Source: Candidatus Velthaea sp. (GTDB lineage Bacteria > Vulcanimicrobiota > Vulcanimicrobiia > Vulcanimicrobiales > Vulcanimicrobiaceae). Taken from it: DNA of 41,710 nt. Location: the NCBI GenBank assembly GCA_050012475.1, contig JBEKHC010000055.1:1-41710 (forward strand), written 5' to 3'. Position 1 is the first letter of the stretch. Each line of letters opens with the position of its first letter. Positions 1 to 8,454 of the stretch are shown one piece after another. Position numbers and translations under genes: made by a program. The notes beneath the pieces are model-generated. The model did not search any database. It was given only the letters and a program-made list of their open reading frames with translations, and was not told the DNA's origin.

Positions 1-139
1 CTTCGAACGCCGGACCTATCATGAGGCAGGGAGGTCGCGATGGCAAACTATCCGCTCCGTCCGAGCACTCCGTTTCGGCTTGCCGTTCGCGACTCTTTGG
101 GGATTGCACGGCCGCGTCACCAAGGGAAGCCGTCAGCCG

Positions 140-844
140 ATGCTCGCGTTTGCTGATCGGCGCGAGGCGGGGCGCGTTCTCGCCGAATCGCTCGGGGACT
201 ACGCCGGCCGCCAGGATGTCATCGTGCTCGCCCTGCCGCGCGGCGGCGTGCCCGTCGGGTACGAAGTCGCCCGAGCACTGCCCGCGCCGCTCGACGTCTT
301 CCTGGTCCGCAAACTAGGGGTTCCCGGCAACGAGGAGCTGGCGATGGGCGCGATTGCAAGCGGCGGGATGCAGGTGCTGGACCTCAAACTCGTCGACGAG
401 CTGCAAATCTCGCGTGCCGAACTCGACCACGCGGTCGCTCGAGAAGACCGCGAACTCGAACGTCGCCAACGCCTCTATCGCGGCCGCCGCCCGTTTCCGG
501 AGATTGCGGGCAAGACCGTCTTGATCGTTGACGACGGCCTGGCCACCGGAGCTTCGATGTTCGCCGCGTTGCGCGCGCTGCGGAAAACGCAGCCGCTCGA
601 GTTGGTCGTGGCCGTTCCGGTCGCGCCGCCGGACACGTGTGAAGCGCTGCGCGGCTTTGCCGACCGCGTCGTCTGCCCGCGAACGCCGGTGCCGTTCGGC
701 GGCGTCGGCGCGTGGTATCAAAACTTCGAGCAAGTGCGTGACGACGAAGTGCGAGCGTTGCTGAAGCAGCCGCAGGTGAACGACGCGAACTACTTTTCTT
801 CACCTTCACCGCGCCTTCGCAATCCGTTCGCGGATCGGCGATAG
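140..844 (+). CDS. Phosphoribosyltransferase family protein (type I PRTase fold)
   Basis: FADRREAGRVLA N-terminus, LALPRGGVPV, VRKLGVPGNEELAMGAIA and the PRPP-binding motif VLIVDDGLATGASM. Start placed at ATG 140. Confidence 0.9.
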   Translation: MLAFADRREAGRVLAESLGDYAGRQDVIVLALPRGGVPVGYEVARALPAPLDVFLVRKLGVPGNEELAMGAIASGGMQVLDLKLVDELQISRAELDHAVAREDRELERRQRLYRGRRPFPEIAGKTVLIVDDGLATGASMFAALRALRKTQPLELVVAVPVAPPDTCEALRGFADRVVCPRTPVPFGGVGAWYQNFEQVRDDEVRALLKQPQVNDANYFSSPSPRLRNPFADRR

Positions 845-1030
845 GCTTACTTTCCTAGGAATGTGTCGGGTTCGCCCGAGACGTGCCGAAGGGCGGCTTG
901 CGGCGAGGCCGCAAGCGCGACGGATCGGCGAAGTCGATCCACCTCGGACGTATGTGCTTGTTATTGCGAGCTCCATGGCGTCGAGGTCGGTCGGAGCGCC
1001 AAAGCGCGAAGTTCAGATCAGGGGTGCACC

Positions 1031-1993
1031 ATGAGAACCCACGACCCCTTTGCTCGCATCGTTGTCGGCCTCGATCGATCGGTCGCGTCCGAAACGGCTC
1101 TGCGCCAAGCCGTAGCGCTGGCCGAGAAACATCGGGGCGCGATCGTGGCCGTTCACGTCTCCGACTCGCCAACGCCGGCCATCGTTCCCGTGCCGAGCAA
1201 GGGCGGCCCGCCGCCTTTCGATCCGCGCCCACTTTTGCGTTCGCTGGATGCCGAACGGCGCGAAGTTTTCGATACGCTCAGCCGGCTCGTCGAACACTAC
1301 GCCGTACCGGTCTGGATGGAGATCGCGACCGACGGCGCGGCATCCGGCATTCTCGACGCGGCGCGGCGCTGGCGGGCAACCTCCATCGCCGTCGGCACGC
1401 ACGCGCGATCGGGCATCGCGCGCTTCGCCGTGGGCAGCGTCGCGGAAGACGTGCTGCGCCGCGCTACCGTGCCCGTCATCGTGACGCGCGCAAACAGCGT
1501 GCGCCGGTCGGTGCGACGCGTCCTGGTCGGCGTCGATGCTGCCGAACATTCGCACAGCATCACCGAGTTTGCCCTGGCTCTCGCTCACGAGCACGACGTC
1601 GCGCTGCGCTTTTGCACGGCAATCGATACGTCCAGCGTGCCCGACTCGGGCGTCGATGCCTCATTCGGAACCACACTGCTGTCCGGGCAGCGCACCGAGG
1701 CGCTCGCAACGCTCGACATGGCGCGCTACGAAGCAGCCCGCCGAGGCATCCGGCTCGAGACCGAGATCGCGGAAGGCGATGAGGCCGATGTCACCTTGTG
1801 CGAAATCGCTCGCCGCATCGACGCCGACGCGATCGTCGTGGGCAAGCACCAACGCGGCGATCTGGAATGGTTGTTTTTAGGCGGCACGGCGGACGCGCTG
1901 ATCCGGCGGGCGGACTGCCCGGTCATGGTCGTTCCGACCCGCCTGGCGCGGGCGCTGCACTCCGTGCGCGAGCGGCGCACCGTTTCCGCCTGA
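1031..1993 (+). CDS. Universal stress protein with two tandem USP domains
   Basis: Two USP repeats: RIVVGLDRS...IAVGTHARSGIARFAVGSVAEDVLRRATVPV and RVLVGVDA...IVVGKHQRGDLEWLFLGGTADALIRRADCPV. Start at ATG 1031. Confidence 0.9.
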   Translation: MRTHDPFARIVVGLDRSVASETALRQAVALAEKHRGAIVAVHVSDSPTPAIVPVPSKGGPPPFDPRPLLRSLDAERREVFDTLSRLVEHYAVPVWMEIATDGAASGILDAARRWRATSIAVGTHARSGIARFAVGSVAEDVLRRATVPVIVTRANSVRRSVRRVLVGVDAAEHSHSITEFALALAHEHDVALRFCTAIDTSSVPDSGVDASFGTTLLSGQRTEALATLDMARYEAARRGIRLETEIAEGDEADVTLCEIARRIDADAIVVGKHQRGDLEWLFLGGTADALIRRADCPVMVVPTRLARALHSVRERRTVSA

Positions 1994-2037
1994 CGCGGCG
2001 GCTTCCGGCGTGCGTCAGCGTCGCGGGCAGCGCAACG

Positions 2038-2781
2038 CTAACGCACCGTAATCGGATAGGCCAGCGTTTGGCCGGCCTCATCGGTAATGTGCGCGGTGCA
2101 GCTGCCGGCGGCGATCGGCTTGACCGAGTACGTTGCCGACGATTCGCCGGTCGCCGCGACGAACACCGTCGCGATACCCGCGCAATTGTCGCTTTCCTTG
2201 AACGCGGCGACGCGCGTACTGCTGGACACGAGGAACAATTCCGATTCGCTGACCGAGTCCAGCACGAGCGCAGCCGGCGCGGCAGATAATGCCGTCGAGC
2301 CTTGCGCGGCGGCCGGCGGCGCCGGCGGAGGGTTGGCTGCCGGCTGCCCCGGGCGCCACGAACTCCCATCGACGAACCGCACCGAGGCAACGTGACAGTT
2401 GACCCGCGGCGCGATGAATTGGGGCAGCACGAATGCCTGGCCCGAGCCGTTGCGATACGTGTGTTTGATCGAAATCCCCGGTGAAAACGTCCCCACGTCG
2501 CGAATCACGAATTGTTGGCCGTTCGAGTCGACCGCGAAATTCACCAAATTCGCCGTCTTGGTCGAATCGTTGACGAACTCGATCGCAATACCCGAACTCG
2601 TCGACGCCAGCTGCAATCCGCCGAAAAGCGGCGCGGGCGTGGGCTGCGTTTGCGTATTGACGATCGGTGCGCAGCTGTTGATGGTGACCGGCGGAACCGG
2701 CTGAGCTTGCGCCGGCCGCGGACCCCCCGACCACAACAAAACCGGCAGCGCGAGCGTAGCGGCTACGGCGACGAATTTCAT
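2038..2781 (-). CDS. Secreted hypothetical protein (beta-rich domain, Pro/Ala linker, C-terminal Ig-like domain)
   Basis: Signal peptide MKFVAVAATLALPVLLW...AQA, then IEFVN...IRDVGTFSPG...CHVASVRFVDGSSW, a PAANPPPAPP linker and a Cys-pair beta domain. Confidence 0.75.
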   Translation of the reverse strand: MKFVAVAATLALPVLLWSGGPRPAQAQPVPPVTINSCAPIVNTQTQPTPAPLFGGLQLASTSSGIAIEFVNDSTKTANLVNFAVDSNGQQFVIRDVGTFSPGISIKHTYRNGSGQAFVLPQFIAPRVNCHVASVRFVDGSSWRPGQPAANPPPAPPAAAQGSTALSAAPAALVLDSVSESELFLVSSSTRVAAFKESDNCAGIATVFVAATGESSATYSVKPIAAGSCTAHITDEAGQTLAYPITVR

Positions 2782-2864
2782 GCTTGCGGCCCTGCGCCGC
2801 ATGTTCGCGCGTATCCGCTTGGCCACCGTACAGGATAGGCGAGAGCACGTCACCGCCGTCGGCA

Positions 2865-2919
2865 TCCAGGCGCGCGCGAGCGCATAGCCGATGCCGCTCG
2901 AAGCGCCGGTGATGAGCAC
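2865..2919 (-). pseudogene. Short N-terminal remnant of an SDR oxidoreductase
   Basis: VLITGASSGIGYALARAW is the SDR TGxxxGIG nucleotide-binding motif. No other SDR sequence follows. Confidence 0.6.
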
Positions 2920-2940
2920 GCCGGGTCGAAGACCCGCGCT

Positions 2941-3723
2941 CTAGGGGGCATACTGAAAATCTTCGAACGATGCCTCGGCGTCGGAACCGTATGAAAAGAG
3001 TCCGGCGCGAATCGTCGCTCCGGCGGCAGCGCGCCGAATCAGCCAGTAGGGGCCTTGCTGGGCGTATGACGCCCGCACGAGATAGGGAACGCGAATCGGA
3101 CCAATGTGTTCGAATTGCAATGCTATGACTTTGAGCACATCGTACGTTGTCGCGTCGACCCACAAGTCGCGCAGCGGGTAGTCATCCGGCTTTTGGCGCG
3201 GGACGAACGCCAAATGATAGGCCCGCTGCCGATCGACTTGCTCGATGCCGACGAGGTTCACGTCGTACGGATAGTGCACCACGGCATGCACCGCCGCGAT
3301 CACCGGCAGCGGCGCGGCGCCGGGTGACTGCGTCACGCCGAGCAAGGCGTGGTCGCGGGAAACGAAACCGAACGTCTCGGTCGGCGAAAGGCGCTGCTTC
3401 TCGGGCTCGACGAAGGCCGGCGCCTGCCCTTCGGACCCGAGCATCGTGATGCGCGCGTTATGCGTCGGAACCGTATAGTCGACGCGAAAAACCCGCCGAT
3501 ACGTTTTGGCGCCGTGCGAGCCGGTGAAGTCCACCGTATACGAAAGCAAGGTCGGCCGCGGTCGCGCCTGCCAGCGCGCGATCGCCCGATCGATGACGTC
3601 GAACGGCTTGGGCGCGGGCGCCGTATCGTCGGCGCGCACCGGCACGAGCGGCACGACGAGAGCCAGTATGGTGAGAACGGTAACGGCGCGAGCGCGGACG
3701 GAGTCAAAAACGCGAACCGGCAT
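2941..3723 (-). CDS. Exported hypothetical protein, possibly LolA/outer-membrane lipoprotein-sorting-like fold
   Basis: Hydrophobic N-terminal signal ending VRA-DD. YDVNLVGIEQVD...AYHLAFVP...LRDLWVDATTY pattern resembles LolA-like beta proteins. Confidence 0.65.
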   Translation of the reverse strand: MPVRVFDSVRARAVTVLTILALVVPLVPVRADDTAPAPKPFDVIDRAIARWQARPRPTLLSYTVDFTGSHGAKTYRRVFRVDYTVPTHNARITMLGSEGQAPAFVEPEKQRLSPTETFGFVSRDHALLGVTQSPGAAPLPVIAAVHAVVHYPYDVNLVGIEQVDRQRAYHLAFVPRQKPDDYPLRDLWVDATTYDVLKVIALQFEHIGPIRVPYLVRASYAQQGPYWLIRRAAAGATIRAGLFSYGSDAEASFEDFQYAP

Positions 3724-3911
3724 GGGCAGATCCTCAGTCTGGCACCGTATCTCCGTGCGGCGCACGGACTACACGTCCTCCATTTTTCGCCAGCCGCACC
3801 TGCGCTCGGCGGTCCGCGCAAGGGTCGAGATGCGGCGCGCTCGCTCTTGCGGCGGGCTACCGCACGCGCCATGGCCGGATGCGCTTGCGCAGCGGCCGAT
3901 GCGCGTTCGGA

Positions 3912-4361
3912 CTAGTACCGCGCGATGAGAAACACGCCGCCGACGACGCACGCGGCGCCCAGGATCCGCAGCGGCGAAAGCTGACGCAGCGTGACGTCGA
4001 GCATGCCGCCTTGATCGATCGCCATCGCCGTGAACATCATTCCGAGGACGACCAGCGAGACGAGCGCGGCCGCACCGATCCGCGGCACGACCACTAGGGA
4101 GATCGCGACATACGCGACCCCGAACAGGCCGCCCGTCCAAGCCCACCACGGCACGTCGCGGGCGCCGAGCGCCAACGCCTGCAACGGCGCTCGCCGGCCG
4201 ATCAAAATCACCGCCAGCGCGAACGCACTCACCGCGATGCTGACGAACGAGGCCGCGAACGGGTCGACGATCGCCGCGCGAAGGCGTGCGTTGACCGGTG
4301 CTTGAACCGCGATGGCGCAGCCGGCGAGAATAGCCAAGATTCGGACGACGAGATCGGTCAT
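3912..4361 (-). CDS. DMT family transporter (YdcZ/DUF606-like)
   Basis: AGCAIAVQAPVNARL, PWWAWTGGLFG, VPRIGAA and IDQGG motifs. About 5 TM segments in 149 aa from ATG 4361. Confidence 0.9.
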   Translation of the reverse strand: MTDLVVRILAILAGCAIAVQAPVNARLRAAIVDPFAASFVSIAVSAFALAVILIGRRAPLQALALGARDVPWWAWTGGLFGVAYVAISLVVVPRIGAAALVSLVVLGMMFTAMAIDQGGMLDVTLRQLSPLRILGAACVVGGVFLIARY

Positions 4362-4421
4362 GGACGGGCGCTTCAGGCGGACCGCCGGCGAACCTTCGCG
4401 GGCTGCTGAGGGGAGACGCGG

Positions 4422-5423
4422 ATGATCGACGTCGCGCTGCTGGGATGCGGACGAATTGGGACCATGCACGCCGGAAACATCGCGCGGGCCGCCGGCGGAA
4501 GGCTCGCGGCGGTCTACGACCCGGTCGATCGGGCCGCCGCGGCGGTCGCCGAGCGCTATGGCTGTTCGGTAGCGGCAAGTGCCGAAGCCGCCCTGCGCGC
4601 CGCCGACGCGGTGTTGATCGCAACGTCGACGGCGACGCACGCCGATCTGATCGAACTCGCCGCCAAGCACGGCAAAGCCATCCTCTGCGAGAAGCCGATC
4701 GACCTCAGTTTGGAACGCGTCAAGGCCTGTCGCGCCGCGATCGCAAGCTGCGATGTGCCGATTCAAATCGGCTTCAACCGCCGCTTCGACCCCGGCCATC
4801 GGGCCGCGCGCGACGCTCGCGCCGCGGGTCAGATCGGTCAACTCGAGCAAGTCATCATCACGTCGCGCGATCCGGAAATGCCGCCGCGAGCCTATCTGCC
4901 GGCCTCGGGCGGCATCTTGCGCGACATGACGATCCATGACTTCGATACCGCCCGGTTCATGCTCGACGACGAACCCGTCGAGGTGTTTGCAACCGGAAGC
5001 GCGCTGGTCGACCCGAGCATCCAAACCGAGTTCGGCGACGTCGATTCGATCATGGTCGTCATGCGAACTGCGGACGGCAAACTCTGCCACATCAACAACT
5101 CGCGACGCGCAACGTTCGGCTACGACCAGCGCGTCGAACTGTTCGGCAGCGCCGGCATGGTCATTTCCGATAATCGCAAAGCACATGAACTCAAGCAGTA
5201 CGGCGCAACCGCGACCGAGGTCGCCGACCCGTATCTCCGCTTCTTCATCCAGCGCTACGCGGAGGCGTTCGAAGCCGAGATCGCCGCGTTCTTGACGGCG
5301 ATTCGCGACCAGACGCCGACGCAGGCGACATTCGAGGACGGGTACCGCGCGCTGGTGTTGGCTGAAGCGGGGGTCGCGTCACTCGCGACCGGCCGGGCCG
5401 TCAAGGTCGACGCGATCGGCTAA
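4422..5423 (+). CDS. iolG: Inositol 2-dehydrogenase (Gfo/Idh/MocA family)
   Basis: GCGRIG, CEKP, GFNRRFDP, ITSRDP, SGGILRDMTIHDFD, NNSRRATFGYDQRVE. Purine-rich RBS upstream. Confidence 0.9.
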   Translation: MIDVALLGCGRIGTMHAGNIARAAGGRLAAVYDPVDRAAAAVAERYGCSVAASAEAALRAADAVLIATSTATHADLIELAAKHGKAILCEKPIDLSLERVKACRAAIASCDVPIQIGFNRRFDPGHRAARDARAAGQIGQLEQVIITSRDPEMPPRAYLPASGGILRDMTIHDFDTARFMLDDEPVEVFATGSALVDPSIQTEFGDVDSIMVVMRTADGKLCHINNSRRATFGYDQRVELFGSAGMVISDNRKAHELKQYGATATEVADPYLRFFIQRYAEAFEAEIAAFLTAIRDQTPTQATFEDGYRALVLAEAGVASLATGRAVKVDAIG

Positions 5424-5924
5424 CGCGTATCGCAGCCGGGCCCGAGCGGTATGCTCGCCACCGATCCGGCCGCCTTGCGTGACCGCGCTTCGGGTCGTCC
5501 ACCATGAACCGCTGCGCGCAGTAACGGAGCGCGTCGAAACGCGCACCAAACCGCCGGCGCCGCGGAAAGCGCGCGCGACATTCGCGTTGACGGTGAAGAT
5601 CACGACCTCGGTGCCGGGCAAGAATGCCGGATACAACACGCCGTCCAACTCCCCGTTCAACTTTCTCGCCGAGCGCAGCTCGACCTCATCGGCGCCGCTG
5701 GCCAGCAGCGCATCGTACACCGAACAGACGGCAGACGCGTAGTCTGTGGATCCGCCGGTTTTGATCTCCGGATCCGATAGGCAACCCGGAATCGGAGGCC
5801 AGGTCCAGCTTGCGCTCGGAGCGCTGAGATTGCCGTCCGTTGCCTGAGCCCAGGCCGGAGCGCAGGTCATCGCCAGCGTGCCGGCCAGGGCGGCGAGCAC
5901 CGCCGCCACTCGTAATTTTTCCAT
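5379..5924 (-). CDS. Secreted hypothetical protein, possibly C-terminally truncated
   Basis: Signal peptide MEKLRVAAVLAALAGTLAMTCAPAWA-Q. The 3' end runs 45 nt into the convergent iolG. Confidence 0.55.
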   Translation of the reverse strand: MEKLRVAAVLAALAGTLAMTCAPAWAQATDGNLSAPSASWTWPPIPGCLSDPEIKTGGSTDYASAVCSVYDALLASGADEVELRSARKLNGELDGVLYPAFLPGTEVVIFTVNANVARAFRGAGGLVRVSTRSVTARSGSWWTTRSAVTQGGRIGGEHTARARLRYALADRVDLDGPAGRE

Positions 5925-6035
5925 CTGCAGAGAACCCTCAAGCGACATTCGTAGCGTGCGAAGAGAGGCCAAAGACTTCGGCACGGGGTCCACGAGTACG
6001 ACAATTGTCTTGGCTGCCAAGGGTAGCTTACGTGA

Positions 6036-7259
6036 GTGACGACATCTGCGATTCAAGCCGGAGCGACCACCTCGCCGGCATCCGTTCCTCCGCGGCGCGC
6101 GGAGATCACGTATTTCTACGGCATCCGCGGCATCTCGTGCGTGTACGTCATGCTGTTCCATCTCAACTACATCGTTCTGGCGGCGTACCATGGCGCCGTG
6201 TCCCCGCTCTACGCCCGGTTGACGGACTGGATGCGGGTCGGTGATTTTCGGGTCAGCGCGTTCTTCGTGATCTCGGGCTACCTGCTCACGCTGCCCACGC
6301 TCAAGACGAAGGGCTGGCAGTTGCGCGACGGCATCAAGGCCTTCATGGCGCGGCGCGCCGAGCGGCTTTTGTTTCCGTATTATGCCGCCTTCGCGCTGTC
6401 GGTCGTTCTGTATTTGGCGTGGCGTTACGTCATCGGCGATCCGCCGGGTCTGCACGGAACGCTTGCCGGAATCGTCGCGCATCTGTTATTGATCCACAAT
6501 CTCGATCCCCGAACGAACCTGATGATCAACGATACGCTTTGGAACGTCGCCCTCGAATTCCAATGCTATCTGCTCTTCGCTTTCGTTCTGCTGCCGGTGA
6601 TGCGCCGATTCGGACCGCTGGCGCAACTGCTCACGGCCGCAGCGATCGGCCTCGGACCGCACTTCTTGCTGCACGGCTTTCTCGACTGGACGCGGCCCTG
6701 GTTCATCACGCTCTACGCCATGGGCGTCACCGTCGCCGCAATTTCGAGTCCCGCAAACCCGACGCTCAAGGCGGCCGAACGCAGCATTCCGTGGGGCGCG
6801 ATCTGGCTGACCATGTCGACGGCGAGCCTGATTGCCATCGTCGCCTCGGGGGTCGACACGCCGTACGGTGCCGGCTGGCTGCAGAACATTTGTATCGGTG
6901 TCGCGGTCAGTTCGTTCCTGGTCTTTACGCGAACGGGTCTGCGCGGACCGCTCGGCGCCCTTGGGCGATGGGTGGTGTGGTTCCTCGAACGTCCGGCGCT
7001 GGTCCGCCTCGGCCGCTTCTCCTACAGCACCTACCTCATTCACTATCCGATCTTGCGCCTTGCCGTCGCGATCACCGCAATGTTCACGCCGTCGATCCTG
7101 ACCCTCGGCGCGTTGGCCTTCTTCATCTACGCACCGATCACGCTGGTGCTCGCCTACGCGTTCCACGTCCGGTTCGAGCTGCCGTGGCAAACGCGGCGCA
7201 TCTTGTCGGCGCGGCGCGTCGTTCCGGCAACCGCGATCGAGCGTCAGGAAGCGGCATAA
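6036..7259 (+). CDS. Acyltransferase family 3 (OafA/YrhL-like membrane O-acyltransferase)
   Basis: GIRGISCVYVMLFH, FFVISGYLL, FMARRAERL, LWNVALEFQCY, GRFSYSTYLIH. About 10 TM segments. Confidence 0.92.
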   Translation: MTTSAIQAGATTSPASVPPRRAEITYFYGIRGISCVYVMLFHLNYIVLAAYHGAVSPLYARLTDWMRVGDFRVSAFFVISGYLLTLPTLKTKGWQLRDGIKAFMARRAERLLFPYYAAFALSVVLYLAWRYVIGDPPGLHGTLAGIVAHLLLIHNLDPRTNLMINDTLWNVALEFQCYLLFAFVLLPVMRRFGPLAQLLTAAAIGLGPHFLLHGFLDWTRPWFITLYAMGVTVAAISSPANPTLKAAERSIPWGAIWLTMSTASLIAIVASGVDTPYGAGWLQNICIGVAVSSFLVFTRTGLRGPLGALGRWVVWFLERPALVRLGRFSYSTYLIHYPILRLAVAITAMFTPSILTLGALAFFIYAPITLVLAYAFHVRFELPWQTRRILSARRVVPATAIERQEAA

Positions 7260-7459
7260 CGCCCAGCCTTCGGGCACTTCGCCGATCGGAATTGCCAACG
7301 CGTTTGCAGCGTGTCCGAGGTGCGCTGAGCGCATGGCCAGGAAGGACGCTGAAGCACACCACATCATTGCTCGTCGAACACGGTGGCGCGGCGACGACGG
7401 AGGCTGACGCGCGGTTCGGCTCGTCATCTTCGACGGGCGAAGGGCGGACGGTCGTTCAC

Positions 7460-8147
7460 ATGGACCTCGAGCGCGCCGCCGACCTCTGCCACCAAACGGG
7501 CAACGCGCGTTTTCGCGCGCAAGCGTTCGCCGCCGCACAAGCCGTCGCGGAAAAATTGGCGGATGCGCGCGGAACGTTCGCTGATTTATTCGCGGACAAC
7601 GATATCGTTGAGCCGCTGATCGAAGCGATGTACGAGCTGACGGTACGCGAGCATGCCGAGTTCGCACGCGCGTGGCTGCTGCGCAACGCCGCGACAGCCG
7701 CGTCGGCGCGCAAGCCGGATGGAACCTATGGGCGATTCTTCGCCGGGCCGCCGGCCCCCGGAACCGTGACCGCCTGGCAAACCAACGGCGCGTTCTCGAT
7801 CATGGTCGCGGCCGGCGCGTTCCCGCCCCACGCCTCCCCGGCGCAGCCTTCGGCCTGGGCGCACGCCGGATTCGTGAAGCATACGATCCTCATTCCGTAC
7901 GCGACGCTGCGCTTTCGCGGAGCCGGGATCGCTTTGATCGCGCGTCTTCGTCGACGGCGTCGAGACGTTCAACGGCACGGGCATTTGGCAGAACAGTACC
8001 AGTTCGCTCCTGCGGCTTCCCGGCACGGTGCTCTTCGCGTGGGAGTGGCCGACGAGCGCAACGCACACGCTGACGTTCCGGCCCGGGATCTTCAATCTGA
8101 AAGAGGGCGGTGCATACCTGCACCTGACCGGTTACTACGTGAAGTGA
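7460..8147 (+). pseudogene. 5'-truncated, frameshifted remnant of a probable extracellular or carbohydrate-related protein
   Basis: Protein-like frame 7460-7940 (DNDIVEPLIEAMYEL...YGRFFAGPP...AWQTNG...IALI) continues in the +1 frame as RVFVDGVETFNGTGIWQN...VLFAWEWP...EGGAYLHLTGYYVK-TGA (8147). Confidence 0.6.
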
Positions 8148-8454
8148 CCTTGGCCGGCCGGGGCCGCGCGCTCGCATCGGGACCGGTCAGCGCTCGGGTC
8201 CAGGACCTCGGGCAGCACGCTTTTGCCGGAACACGGGGCGGCAAACGTTTCGACCGTACCGCTTACGGGTGTCTTCCGCTGTTTAAGGGGCCTTGCCCGC
8301 GCTTGCCGGAATGCAGGCCGTACGGCCAGCTTCGAAAGCGGGCCCGGATCACAAAAAACTCACCTGATGTCTGCATGTCTGCCGGGTTAATGTACCGAGT
8401 GCGATAATCTCCCAAAGACGACGCTGCCACACTCGCGTGGCATGGGGGAATGCC

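Noticed and set aside
3724..3911. Structured leader or riboswitch with hairpin TCCGTGC-N3-GCACGGA
   Set aside because: Short GC-rich stems are expected by chance, and no known riboswitch consensus is matched.
3912..5186. 424-aa version of the DMT gene, and other over-extended N-termini (19889-23470, 36954-40082, 23310-23942)
   Set aside because: The extensions overlap neighbouring genes. Homology begins at the downstream starts given.
7256..7259. ATAA at the acyltransferase stop as another ATA start
   Set aside because: It is in frame with the downstream remnant, but the first ~65 codons do not look like protein and no conserved motif requires it.
6419..8407. 662-aa ORF as a single gene
   Set aside because: The first third is an off-frame overlap of the acyltransferase and the tail is Arg-rich noise. 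Only 7460-7940 looks coding.
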